Of a stretch of 64,000 nt of DNA, positions 28,084 through 36,306 are shown in pieces. The DNA lies in the NCBI GenBank assembly GCA_017535435.1, contig JAFXTY010000041.1, positions 770-64,769 on the forward strand, read 5' to 3'. The notes beneath the pieces were generated by a model. That model saw only the letters and a program-made list of their open reading frames with translations. It did not search any database and had not been told where the DNA came from. Both the position numbers and the translations under genes were made by a program. This DNA is from Spirochaetia bacterium. Lineage in GTDB: Bacteria > Spirochaetota > Spirochaetia > CADAEX01. Within the stretch, counting starts at the first letter, position 1; each line of letters opens with the position of its first letter.

Positions 28084-29796
28084 GTGAGACTTAGCAAATA
28101 CTTTTTGACAACATTCAAAGAGGCCCCGAAAGAGGCCGAGGTTATAAGCCATATCCTGATGATCCGGGCCGGCATGATCCAGAAGCTGGCCGCTGGTATC
28201 TACAACTATCTGCCGCTGGCACAGCGGTCTATTGCCAAGATAGAGAAGATAATCAGGGAAGAGCTGGACAAACGTGGGCTCCAGGAGTGCCTTATGCCAG
28301 CGGTTCAGCCGGCAGAGCTGTGGCAGGAGAGCGGCAGATGGGGCTACTACGGCCCGGAGCTGCTGCGGTTCAAGGATAGGAAGAACGCAGACTACTGCTT
28401 AGGACCTACCCATGAGGAGGTCATCACCGACATGGTGCGGCGCAACCTTAAATCCTACCGGCAGCTCCCCTGGAACATCTACCAGATCCAGACTAAGTTC
28501 CGGGACGAGGTACGCCCCCGGTTCGGACTTATGCGTGGCCGGGAGTTCATAATGAAGGACGCCTACAGCTTCGACGTGGACGAGGAGGCATCCATCAAGA
28601 GCTACTACCTGATGTACGATGCCTATACTGCCATATTCAAGCGGTGCGGCCTCAAGTTCAAGGCTGTGGATGCCTCCACCGGCGCTATTGGCGGCGAGCT
28701 TAGCCACGAGTTCCAGGTTCTGGCCGATTCCGGCGAGGACACCATCCTTTCCTGCTCCAAGTGCGACTATGCTGCCAATGTGGAGAAGGCTGTGTCCGAC
28801 CGGGTGCTCCCAAAGCCGGACCGGAGCAATGTGGAGGAGATGAAAGAGGTTGCCACCCCTGGTCAGAAGACTATAGAAGAGATTTCTGCCTTCCTGGGCA
28901 AGGGCCCTGAACATTTTATAAAGACCCTTATCTATTTGGTGGATGACCAGCCTGTTGCAGTCCTGGTTCCAGGGGAGCAGGATGCCAACGAGGCAAAGAT
29001 CCAGGGTGCTCTCCATGCCAACAGCGTAGTGGCTGCCGACGAGGAGACTGTGAAGCGGGTGACCGGGGCAGAGGTAGGCTTTGCCGGTCCGGTCGGCCTT
29101 AAAGAGAAGATAAAGATTATAGCTGATAAGCAGATCTACAGCCGTGTGAACCTGATCTGCGGTGCCAATAAGACAGACTGCCATATCACTGGCATAGACC
29201 CGGAGCGGGATTTCAAGGCCGACCTGGTGGCAGATATCACCTTTGCCAAGGTGGGGGAGAAATGCCCGCACTGCGACGGAGTCCTGGAACAGTACAAGGG
29301 AATCGAGGTAGGGCAGGTGTTCCACCTGGGAACCAAGTACTCAAAGCCTATGCACTGTATCTTCCTGGATAAGAACGGCAAGGAGAGCACTGCTGTGATG
29401 GGCTGCTATGGCATCGGAGTGACCCGTACCCTGGCTGCCTTCATAGAGCAGAACCATGACGACAAGGGCATTATCTGGTCGCCGGCCGTTGCTCCTTTCG
29501 AGGTGGAGGTGATTCCTCTCCAGAGCAACAACGAGAAGGTCTGCTCCGTAGCCGAGGATATCTACAGGAAACTGGGTGACCTGGGTATTGATGTGCTTAT
29601 TGACGACAGGGACGAACGGGCTGGCTTCAAGATGAACGATGCCGACCTTATCGGATTCCCTGTACAGGTGCAGGTTGGTGCCCGCTCTGTTGAGAACGGA
29701 CAGCTTGAGATCAAGGCCCGCCGGACCGGCGAGAAGGTTCTGGTGGACATAGACAAGGCTGTCTCCTACGTCCAGGATCTCCTGAAAACCCTTTAA
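28084..29796 (+). CDS. proS: proline--tRNA ligase (bacterial type with INS editing domain)
   Basis: MRLSKYFLTTFKEAPKEAEVISHILMIRAG, class II motifs, and a YbaK-like insertion. GTG start. Confidence 0.85.
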   Translation: MRLSKYFLTTFKEAPKEAEVISHILMIRAGMIQKLAAGIYNYLPLAQRSIAKIEKIIREELDKRGLQECLMPAVQPAELWQESGRWGYYGPELLRFKDRKNADYCLGPTHEEVITDMVRRNLKSYRQLPWNIYQIQTKFRDEVRPRFGLMRGREFIMKDAYSFDVDEEASIKSYYLMYDAYTAIFKRCGLKFKAVDASTGAIGGELSHEFQVLADSGEDTILSCSKCDYAANVEKAVSDRVLPKPDRSNVEEMKEVATPGQKTIEEISAFLGKGPEHFIKTLIYLVDDQPVAVLVPGEQDANEAKIQGALHANSVVAADEETVKRVTGAEVGFAGPVGLKEKIKIIADKQIYSRVNLICGANKTDCHITGIDPERDFKADLVADITFAKVGEKCPHCDGVLEQYKGIEVGQVFHLGTKYSKPMHCIFLDKNGKESTAVMGCYGIGVTRTLAAFIEQNHDDKGIIWSPAVAPFEVEVIPLQSNNEKVCSVAEDIYRKLGDLGIDVLIDDRDERAGFKMNDADLIGFPVQVQVGARSVENGQLEIKARRTGEKVLVDIDKAVSYVQDLLKTL

Positions 29797-29811
29797 ACTA
29801 TATTGATAAAT

Positions 29812-29846
29812 AAAAAAAAGAGCCACTTTTCAGTGGCTCTTTTTTA
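29812..29846. terminator. bidirectional rho-independent terminator
   Basis: aaaaaaa-AGAGCCACT-tttc-AGTGGCTCT-ttttt. A perfect 9-10 bp stem flanked by A-run and T-run, between convergent proS and the lipoprotein gene. Confidence 0.8.
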
Positions 29847-29862
29847 TGCTTTGTGATTAGAA

Positions 29863-31014
29863 TCACTCAGCTGACATTGTGATGTGGTATTCCTCATCGG
29901 TCCAATCTCTGTCAATGTCCATCTCGATTACATCACCCTTTCTCTCGAATACGTAGAATCTCTGGGTCTCATCGCATCTGAATGACAGCTTGTTGCCCTC
30001 TGCCTTAAGATCTTTCTGCTTTCCAGCGAAGTCATAAATCAGAGCACCGGTCTCGGAATCATACAGCTTAACGTTGTTGTCAGCTTCGAATACCCACTTA
30101 GCATTCCAGTTTGTATCAACAGATTTTCCCTGTGGGAATGCGCCTGCTGCTGGAGCTGCCTGGATGTCACAAAGTCCCTTCCAGAATTTCTTAGCCTGTG
30201 CCAGAGGAGCGATTGCATCTGCATAAAGTCCTTTCTGGATGCACTGCTCGCCCATTGCGAAGATCTGAACGCCCTTTGTATATGGCTCTTTGGTCTTCTT
30301 GTCTTCTGGAACTCTATCTCTATAATACTGTGCCTCATAGTACAGAACGCCAGCCTTGATTGCTTCTTCTGGAACTTCTACTGGATTCTCGCAGAGTCCT
30401 GACCAGAATTTCTTGGTCTGTCCGAGAGGAGCCAGGGAGTCAGTATACATAGCTCTATAGAAGAGTCCCTGACCCATTTCGAAGATCTGAACGCCCTTTG
30501 TCCAAGGCTCTACGTTCTTCTTGCTCTCTGGAACCTGTCCCTGAAGAGCGAAGTCTGTGATGAGCAGAGCATATGCTTTGCTTCCGTCTTCTGCAATCTC
30601 GATGTCTGCTGGATCAACAAGACCTGACCAGAACTTCTTAACCTGCTTGAGTGCAGGAATAGCTTCTGCATACAGTCCGTTTGCAAGACACTGCTCGCCC
30701 ATTGCGAAGATCTGAACACCCTTTGTCCAAGGCTCTACATTCTTCTTGCTCTCTGGAACTTTTGATCTCAGATCGATGTCGCAGAGGTAGAGGATAGCTG
30801 CATCATAAGCCTCAGCGGAAACTGCTGCTTGTGGAGCTGCTGGCTCTGCTGCTGGAGCTGCTTCTGATGCAGGACCTGTTTCTGCAGGAACCTGAGCTGG
30901 TTCAGCTGCTGGAGCTGGTTCTGCTGGTTCTGTTGCTGCTGATTCGCTTGTCTTACAAGAGAAGGAACAGAATACGAGTGCAACAACGGTTAACAAAACA
31001 AGTATTTTTTTCAT
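29863..31014 (-). CDS. lipoprotein with Pro/Ala-rich linker, three about 45-aa internal repeats and a conserved C-terminal domain
   Basis: MKKILVLLTVVALVFCSFSC signal/lipobox. PAEPAPAAEPAQ linker. Three copies of VPESKKNVEPWTKGVQIF(A/E)MGE..GLY..A...L.Q.KKFW.GL. C-terminal block NW.AKWVF.AD..VKLYDS.TG.LIYDF.GK.K.LK.....LSFRCDETQRFY.FE...D..IDRDWTDEEYH. Confidence 0.6.
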   Translation of the reverse strand: MKKILVLLTVVALVFCSFSCKTSESAATEPAEPAPAAEPAQVPAETGPASEAAPAAEPAAPQAAVSAEAYDAAILYLCDIDLRSKVPESKKNVEPWTKGVQIFAMGEQCLANGLYAEAIPALKQVKKFWSGLVDPADIEIAEDGSKAYALLITDFALQGQVPESKKNVEPWTKGVQIFEMGQGLFYRAMYTDSLAPLGQTKKFWSGLCENPVEVPEEAIKAGVLYYEAQYYRDRVPEDKKTKEPYTKGVQIFAMGEQCIQKGLYADAIAPLAQAKKFWKGLCDIQAAPAAGAFPQGKSVDTNWNAKWVFEADNNVKLYDSETGALIYDFAGKQKDLKAEGNKLSFRCDETQRFYVFERKGDVIEMDIDRDWTDEEYHITMSAE

Positions 31015-31116
31015 TTCATTCTCCTTTTTTTGTCTATTCTATCACGTCTTTGAATAAAAGAAAACAGAAAAATTAACAAAATTAACAAAAACATTATATT
31101 TTCTTATTATATAGTA

Positions 31117-31146
31117 AATAAAAAAGGCCATCCGCAGGGGATGGCC
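31117..31146 (-). terminator. rho-independent terminator for the minus-strand lipoprotein gene
   Basis: Minus strand reads gaaGGCCATCCcctgcGGATGGCCtttttttat. Confidence 0.7.
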
Positions 31147-31169
31147 TTCATTCCAGCTTGTTGATTCGA

Positions 31170-31664
31170 TCAGTCCTGGAGTGGCATGAGGACATGATAT
31201 GCCTCATCTGTCCAGTCTCTGTCGATATCCAGTCCCATGTCTGTTCCCTCAAGGGCTTTCTCAAATGTGTAGAAACGCTGGGTTTCATCGCATCTGAATG
31301 AGAGTTTGAGGCCTGTTCCAGCAGGTTCAAGCTTCAAATTCTTTGTCTTGCCGTTGAAGTCATAGATAAGATCTCCATTCTTTGAGTCGTAGAGCTTTAC
31401 AGAACCATCTGCAAAGAATACCCAAAGAGCATCCCAGTTCGCATCAAGCCATTTTCCAGCAGGGAACTCTGAGAGGGTCTTAGGAGCCTCCGGAGCCGGT
31501 GCTGCGGCTGGTTTTGGAGCTGGGGCCGGTGCTGGTGCAGGTGCCTTGGCCTGAGCTGGTTTCGCAGCCTGGTCACTTGACTTTGCAGCCGGTTCGCTTG
31601 TCTTACAAGAGAAGAAACAGAACACAATTGCAATAGCAATGAATAATACTAGTACTTTTTTCAT
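31170..31664 (-). CDS. small lipoprotein paralog (same signal peptide and C-terminal domain as the upstream 383-aa lipoprotein)
   Basis: MKKVLVLFIAIAIVFCFFSC. APAPAPAPAPKP linker. C-terminal block NWDALWVFFADGSVKLYDSKNGDLIYDFNGKTKNLKLE...LSFRCDETQRFYTFE...DIDRDWTDEAYH aligns with 29863..31014. Confidence 0.6.
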   Translation of the reverse strand: MKKVLVLFIAIAIVFCFFSCKTSEPAAKSSDQAAKPAQAKAPAPAPAPAPKPAAAPAPEAPKTLSEFPAGKWLDANWDALWVFFADGSVKLYDSKNGDLIYDFNGKTKNLKLEPAGTGLKLSFRCDETQRFYTFEKALEGTDMGLDIDRDWTDEAYHVLMPLQD

Positions 31665-31770
31665 TGTTTACGTTCTCCTTGTCTATTCATTATCGGATTA
31701 AATATTATTAATCTTTATGAGAAATCCTGAATATTATTTTATATATCCTAATAAATAGTACATTTTCAGA

Positions 31771-31799
31771 TTGCAAACTCCCCGGTAATGTATTAGAAT
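31771..31799 (+). promoter_or_regulatory. promoter TTGCAA-N17-TAGAAT driving the riboswitch leader
   Basis: ttgcaaactccccggtaatgtattagaat. Confidence 0.4.
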
Positions 31800-31829
31800 A
31801 TCTACAGCATATTTCAATGGAAGAGGAGT

Positions 31830-32020
31830 GAGAATCTCCCACGGACGCGCCACCGTGACAGGCGACCTGTAGGCTGTGCCACTGGGAAACTGGGAAGGAG
31901 CTTATGGGGATGGACAGATGTCCTGAAGCCTCAAGCCGGGATACTTTGGTATGCGCAAGAAGATTTGACTTCGCGATTTGAGTCGGAATCAGGAGCAGGG
32001 ATACCTACGCCCACCGACTT
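31830..32020 (+). promoter_or_regulatory. cobalamin (B12) riboswitch
   Basis: Contains the conserved core GCCACUGGGAAACUGGGAAGG (31877-31897) and a B12-box-like AGCAGGGAUACCUACGCC (about 31995-32012). A second AGCCGGGAUAC element is present. About 240-nt leader before the RBS AAAGGAG at 32037. Sits upstream of the B12 biosynthesis/transport operon. Confidence 0.7.
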
Positions 32021-32049
32021 CTTTTCTGCAGTCAGGAAAGGAGTTTCGA

Positions 32050-33219
32050 TTGAAAAATCTGTCCATTTTAGCTTATTGTGCATTGTTTGTTGCGATGCCG
32101 GCCTTATCCCAGTCCAGTGTAGGCGGCGAGTTTGACTACTACATGGTCAATGGCTTTGACAGTGATAATCCTGTTTCTTTCCAGGATGACTGGTACAAGG
32201 GAGAGGTTGACTTCAAGGTTTCTGCCGGCGACTTCAGTCAGGTCAGGATTGAGGTTGAGGAGGATGGCTCCTGGAATGACAGAGGGCATTCTTATGCTGA
32301 AGGAACTCCTTCCATTAATTATTTCCGCGTGATCACAGACTGGGGAAAGTTTTTCGGCCTTGAGTCGATAGGAATCAGGACAGATATCGGATTATACAGC
32401 TATCAGACCTTTGACCGGGTCCACTTTACCGGATTCGGCTATGAGTATTCAGAAAATTATATGAACCCATACCTCAGGAAAGACTTTGGTTTCAAGCTTT
32501 CTCTGAGTTTTGCCGACGGATTGATCCAGCCATACTATGCAATGAGCTTTGATACAGTCAAGAGCGATAATAATCCTGCAGGCTATGAGTTCCTGACTGG
32601 AGTGGGCCTTGATTTTGATGAGATCGGCGTTCCTCTTTGGTTGGAAGGCTATTTCTGGAATCAGACAGCTGCAGAAAAAAATGCTTTCGGAATTGAGGCA
32701 ATGTACACCCTTGATATAGGTGATTTCCGCTTCAATACTGGCGGTTTCCTGATTTCCAGAGAGGAAGATGACATAGACGGAAGCGGCCAGCAGTGGGGCT
32801 TCGGCATTGCTTTCAGAGCCTTTGATGCTCAGATATGCGTGTCTGGTACCGGTGCTTTCGGCGATGATTACTGGGAAACAAAGAAGAGAAAGCCAGATTC
32901 CTGTTCTGCCCTCTCTGCAATGGGTATAGAGGCTTCCTATGATCTTTTTGACTGGCTTACAGTCATCTCAGGCTGTGGATTAGCCTTCGGTGATTACAAG
33001 GAGAATGCTGCAGGTGACAGGACATTCCAGACATTTGAGGCTGGTGTGATAGTGAAACCGGACAGAGGAGTGAAATATAAGCTCGGCTACATCTATGCAG
33101 ATAAAGATGCTGTAGGAGCCAACGGCAAGATGTCCGGTTATTTCACAAGAACCCTTAATACAAGGAAGCTGGCTGGCGAGAAGGGTGGCCTTTATTTCAC
33201 AATACAGATTGATTATTGA
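32050..33219 (+). CDS. outer-membrane β-barrel protein (porin-like), first gene under riboswitch control
   Basis: TTG start 6 nt after the AAAGGAG RBS. Signal peptide KNLSILAYCALFVAMPALS-QSS. Alternating amphipathic β-strands rich in G/Y/F/D, with C-terminal ...YFTIQIDY. Confidence 0.55.
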   Translation: MKNLSILAYCALFVAMPALSQSSVGGEFDYYMVNGFDSDNPVSFQDDWYKGEVDFKVSAGDFSQVRIEVEEDGSWNDRGHSYAEGTPSINYFRVITDWGKFFGLESIGIRTDIGLYSYQTFDRVHFTGFGYEYSENYMNPYLRKDFGFKLSLSFADGLIQPYYAMSFDTVKSDNNPAGYEFLTGVGLDFDEIGVPLWLEGYFWNQTAAEKNAFGIEAMYTLDIGDFRFNTGGFLISREEDDIDGSGQQWGFGIAFRAFDAQICVSGTGAFGDDYWETKKRKPDSCSALSAMGIEASYDLFDWLTVISGCGLAFGDYKENAAGDRTFQTFEAGVIVKPDRGVKYKLGYIYADKDAVGANGKMSGYFTRTLNTRKLAGEKGGLYFTIQIDY

Positions 33220-33253
33220 AAAAATAAAAAATGTTTTTAATAGGAGGAACAAA

Positions 33254-34414
33254 ATGAAAAACATCGTTAAGGTTTGCTGCATGGTTCTTGCTGTATTTAT
33301 GCTGGCGCAAACTGCATTCTGCGCACCTAAGACAGACAAAGAGATTGCAGACAAGGTTGCTAAGCTGATCGACGCCATCTATGTCCAGGAATGGACAAAG
33401 AAGACTGACAAGCAGTGTGCTGCTGCCAAAGCGGCATGGGACAAGCTTACTGACGCACAGAAAGAGCTTGTTGAGGGTGAGAATGCTGATCCGGACTACT
33501 TCGGCCGGGACACCGGCGATGCCAGCAAGGATGACCCCCGGAATGCTGATAAAATCGGCAAGAAGGAGCTGCTTGTTGTGAGCTTCGGTACATCCTTCAA
33601 CGACAGCCGTGTCAAAGATATCAAGGGTATCGAGGATGCTCTCCAGAAGTCTTTCCTGGACTGGGATGTAAGACGAGCCTTCACTGCCCAGATTATCATA
33701 AACCATATCCAGGCCCGGGACGGAGAGAAGATCGACAATGTGGACCAGGCCCTGAACCGCGCTGTGAAGAACGGTGTACAGATCCTTGTGATCCAGCCTA
33801 CACATCTTATGCATGGTGCAGAATATGACGAGCTTAAGGCAGCTGTAGACAAATATGCTTCCAAGTTTGCAAAGGTTGTCATTGCAGAACCTCTGTTGGG
33901 AGAAGTTGGGGCTGATGCTTCCAAGATCAACGCAGACAAGAAGGCCACCGCAATTGCAGTCACTGCTGCCGCTGTGAAGACTGCTGGTTTTGATACAACT
34001 GAGGCTGCTGCCAAGGCTAAGACTGCATTTGTATTCATGGGCCATGGAACATCCCATACTGCAAAGGTTTCCTATTCACAGATGCAGGCTCAGATGAAAG
34101 AGTTGGGTTATAAGAACGTATTTATCGGTACTGTGGAAGGAGAACCGGAAGAGACAGCATGCGAGGAGATTATCAAGACAGTTGCAGCCGCAGGCTACAA
34201 GAATGTGATTCTCCGGCCTCTCATGGTAGTTGCAGGCGACCATGCCAACAACGATATGGCTGCAGAGGATGACGAGGAATCCTGGTTCAGCCAGTTCAAG
34301 GCTTCCGGCAAGTTTGACAAGATCGATACACAGATTGAGGGTCTCGGCCGGCTTGGAGCCATCCAGAAGATTTACATCAATCACGCTGGTGCAGCCATCA
34401 ATTCTGCAAACTGA
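33254..34414 (+). CDS. cbiK: sirohydrochlorin cobaltochelatase CbiK with N-terminal signal peptide (periplasmic CbiK type)
   Basis: MKNIVKVCCMVLAVFMLAQTAFCA signal peptide. LLVVSFGTSF, two-domain class II chelatase, FVFMGHGTSH. TAGGAGG RBS. Confidence 0.7.
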   Translation: MKNIVKVCCMVLAVFMLAQTAFCAPKTDKEIADKVAKLIDAIYVQEWTKKTDKQCAAAKAAWDKLTDAQKELVEGENADPDYFGRDTGDASKDDPRNADKIGKKELLVVSFGTSFNDSRVKDIKGIEDALQKSFLDWDVRRAFTAQIIINHIQARDGEKIDNVDQALNRAVKNGVQILVIQPTHLMHGAEYDELKAAVDKYASKFAKVVIAEPLLGEVGADASKINADKKATAIAVTAAAVKTAGFDTTEAAAKAKTAFVFMGHGTSHTAKVSYSQMQAQMKELGYKNVFIGTVEGEPEETACEEIIKTVAAAGYKNVILRPLMVVAGDHANNDMAAEDDEESWFSQFKASGKFDKIDTQIEGLGRLGAIQKIYINHAGAAINSAN

Positions 34415-34420
34415 TATAAG

Positions 34421-35167
34421 ATGAAAAAGTTTATTGCAGTTATTTTATTTATTGCATTATTCTGTTTCCCTGTCCTGGGCGCTCCGCTTAAGGACGGGGT
34501 TTATACTGCAGAGTTCAGGACCGACAGCAGCATGTTCCATGTGAACGATGCCTATGGCGGAAAGGGAGTTCTTACTGTAAAGGATGGTAAGATGACAATA
34601 CATGTCACCATGCCATCAAAGCAGATTCTCAAGCTGTTCTGTGGCAAGGCCGATGCTGCCAAGGCTCCCGGTGCTGCCCTGATCGAGCATACTGTTGACT
34701 CAGTGACTCATCCTGACGGATTTGTGGAGAAAGCCCACGGTTTTGATATTCCTGTTCCATATCTGGACAAGGATTTCGACTGTGCCCTGGTTGGAAAGAA
34801 GGGAAAGTGGTACGACCATAAGGTTTCGGTTTCCAATCCTGTTCCCACAGTCAAGGATGGCAGCTACAATGCAGATGTAACTCTTTCCGGCGGCTCCGGG
34901 AGGACAACTGTCGTCTCTCCTGCAGAGATTACAGTGCAGAATGGAATAATCTGGGCAACAATTGTATTCAGCAGTCCTCATTATGACTACATTACAATTG
35001 GAGAAACAAAGTACGACCGCATCAATACCGAAGGTAACTCCACATTCAGGATTCCTGTCACACTTGATAAGGATATCAGGATCAGTGCTCTTACCACAGC
35101 CATGAGTAATCCCCACATGATTGACTACACACTGCGTTTTGACGGGGGCTCGCTTAAATCAAGATGA
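34421..35167 (+). CDS. secreted protein with two internally related halves, unknown function
   Basis: Signal peptide MKKFIAVILFIALFCFPVLGA. Halves begin DGVYTAEF... and DGSYNADVTL..., β-rich. Lies between cbiK and the ABC transporter SBP. Confidence 0.45.
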   Translation: MKKFIAVILFIALFCFPVLGAPLKDGVYTAEFRTDSSMFHVNDAYGGKGVLTVKDGKMTIHVTMPSKQILKLFCGKADAAKAPGAALIEHTVDSVTHPDGFVEKAHGFDIPVPYLDKDFDCALVGKKGKWYDHKVSVSNPVPTVKDGSYNADVTLSGGSGRTTVVSPAEITVQNGIIWATIVFSSPHYDYITIGETKYDRINTEGNSTFRIPVTLDKDIRISALTTAMSNPHMIDYTLRFDGGSLKSR

Positions 35168-36297
35168 GAAGAAAACCGATCCTGCTGCTATCTTTGGTTA
35201 TCCTGGCATTCCTTCTTCCGGGCTGTAACTCTGAGAAGAAGGGGAGACCCTTTGCCCAGCTTAAGGTAACTGAAAGTATGCAGCTGGATTTTGCCACCCA
35301 GTTTTCTGTGGACTATTATGAGGGGGGCTATAAACTGATCTCTCTGGCAGACGGCAGCCGTTTCTTTGTAGTGCCGGAAGGGGCGCAGCTGCCGGAAGGG
35401 GCAGACCAGGTGGCTGTCCCCATCTATCAGCCTGTGCAGAACATTTATCTTGCGGCCACATCAGCCATGTGCCTCTTTGATTCCCTGAACCGGCTTGATG
35501 CCATCAAGCTTTCCGGGACAAAGGCAGAAGGGTGGTATATAAAAAATGCCCGGGATGCCATGAAGGACGGCCGTATCCTTTTTGCAGGCAGGTTCAATGC
35601 CCCCGATTACGAGCTTATCACTGCCTCTGAATGCAGGCTGGCTGTGGAGTCCACCATGATAGGGCATGCCTCCAATATCAAGGAGCAGCTTGAGCAGCTG
35701 GATATAGCTGTGCTGGTGGATCAGTCCAGCAACGAGCCGCATCCCCTTGGACGGTCGGAATGGATCAAGCTTTACGGAGCTCTGCTTAATGAGGAGAAAA
35801 GGGCAGAGGAAGTGTTCTCAAGACAGGTGGAATATCTTGAATCTGTCAGGAATAATGCCCCTTCCGGAAAGAGTGTGGCATTCTTCTATGTCAGTTCATC
35901 GGGCCGGATCATTGCCAGGAAAAGCGGTGATTATGTGAGCCGTATGATTGCTCTGGCAGGGGGAAAATATATTTTTGAGAAGCTTGGGGACAGTACTGCC
36001 AGGATGTCCACAGTCCCCCTTGAGCCGGAATTTTTCTATTCCCAGGCGAAAGATGCAGATATTATAGTGTATAATGCTACTATAGCAGATGAGATTTCCT
36101 CAATAGACCAGATGGTTGGGAAATGTCCTCTGCTGTCCGATTTCAAGGCAGTGAAGAGTGGCAATGTCTGGTGCACCAGCAAAAACATGTATCAGGAGAC
36201 AACGGAGCTGGGCCAGATGATAAGCAGCCTGCATCAGATTTTTTCAGACAGTTCCGGAAATATCTCCCAGCTGCCTTTTTTTTACAGGCTGAGGTAA
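35164..36297 (+). CDS. ABC transporter substrate-binding lipoprotein (BtuF/FecB-like, cluster A-2 periplasmic binding protein)
   Basis: LLPGC lipobox. Periplasmic-binding-protein type-2 fold for cobalamin/siderophore/heme-type substrates. Confidence 0.65.
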   Translation: MRRKPILLLSLVILAFLLPGCNSEKKGRPFAQLKVTESMQLDFATQFSVDYYEGGYKLISLADGSRFFVVPEGAQLPEGADQVAVPIYQPVQNIYLAATSAMCLFDSLNRLDAIKLSGTKAEGWYIKNARDAMKDGRILFAGRFNAPDYELITASECRLAVESTMIGHASNIKEQLEQLDIAVLVDQSSNEPHPLGRSEWIKLYGALLNEEKRAEEVFSRQVEYLESVRNNAPSGKSVAFFYVSSSGRIIARKSGDYVSRMIALAGGKYIFEKLGDSTARMSTVPLEPEFFYSQAKDADIIVYNATIADEISSIDQMVGKCPLLSDFKAVKSGNVWCTSKNMYQETTELGQMISSLHQIFSDSSGNISQLPFFYRLR

Positions 36298-36306
36298 GGA
36301 GGCCAT

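Noticed and set aside
29853-29866. Palindrome GTGATTAGAATCAC just after the proS terminator
   Set aside because: Short (6+2+6), it overlaps the stop codon of the lipoprotein gene, and it has no partner sites. It cannot be told apart from chance.
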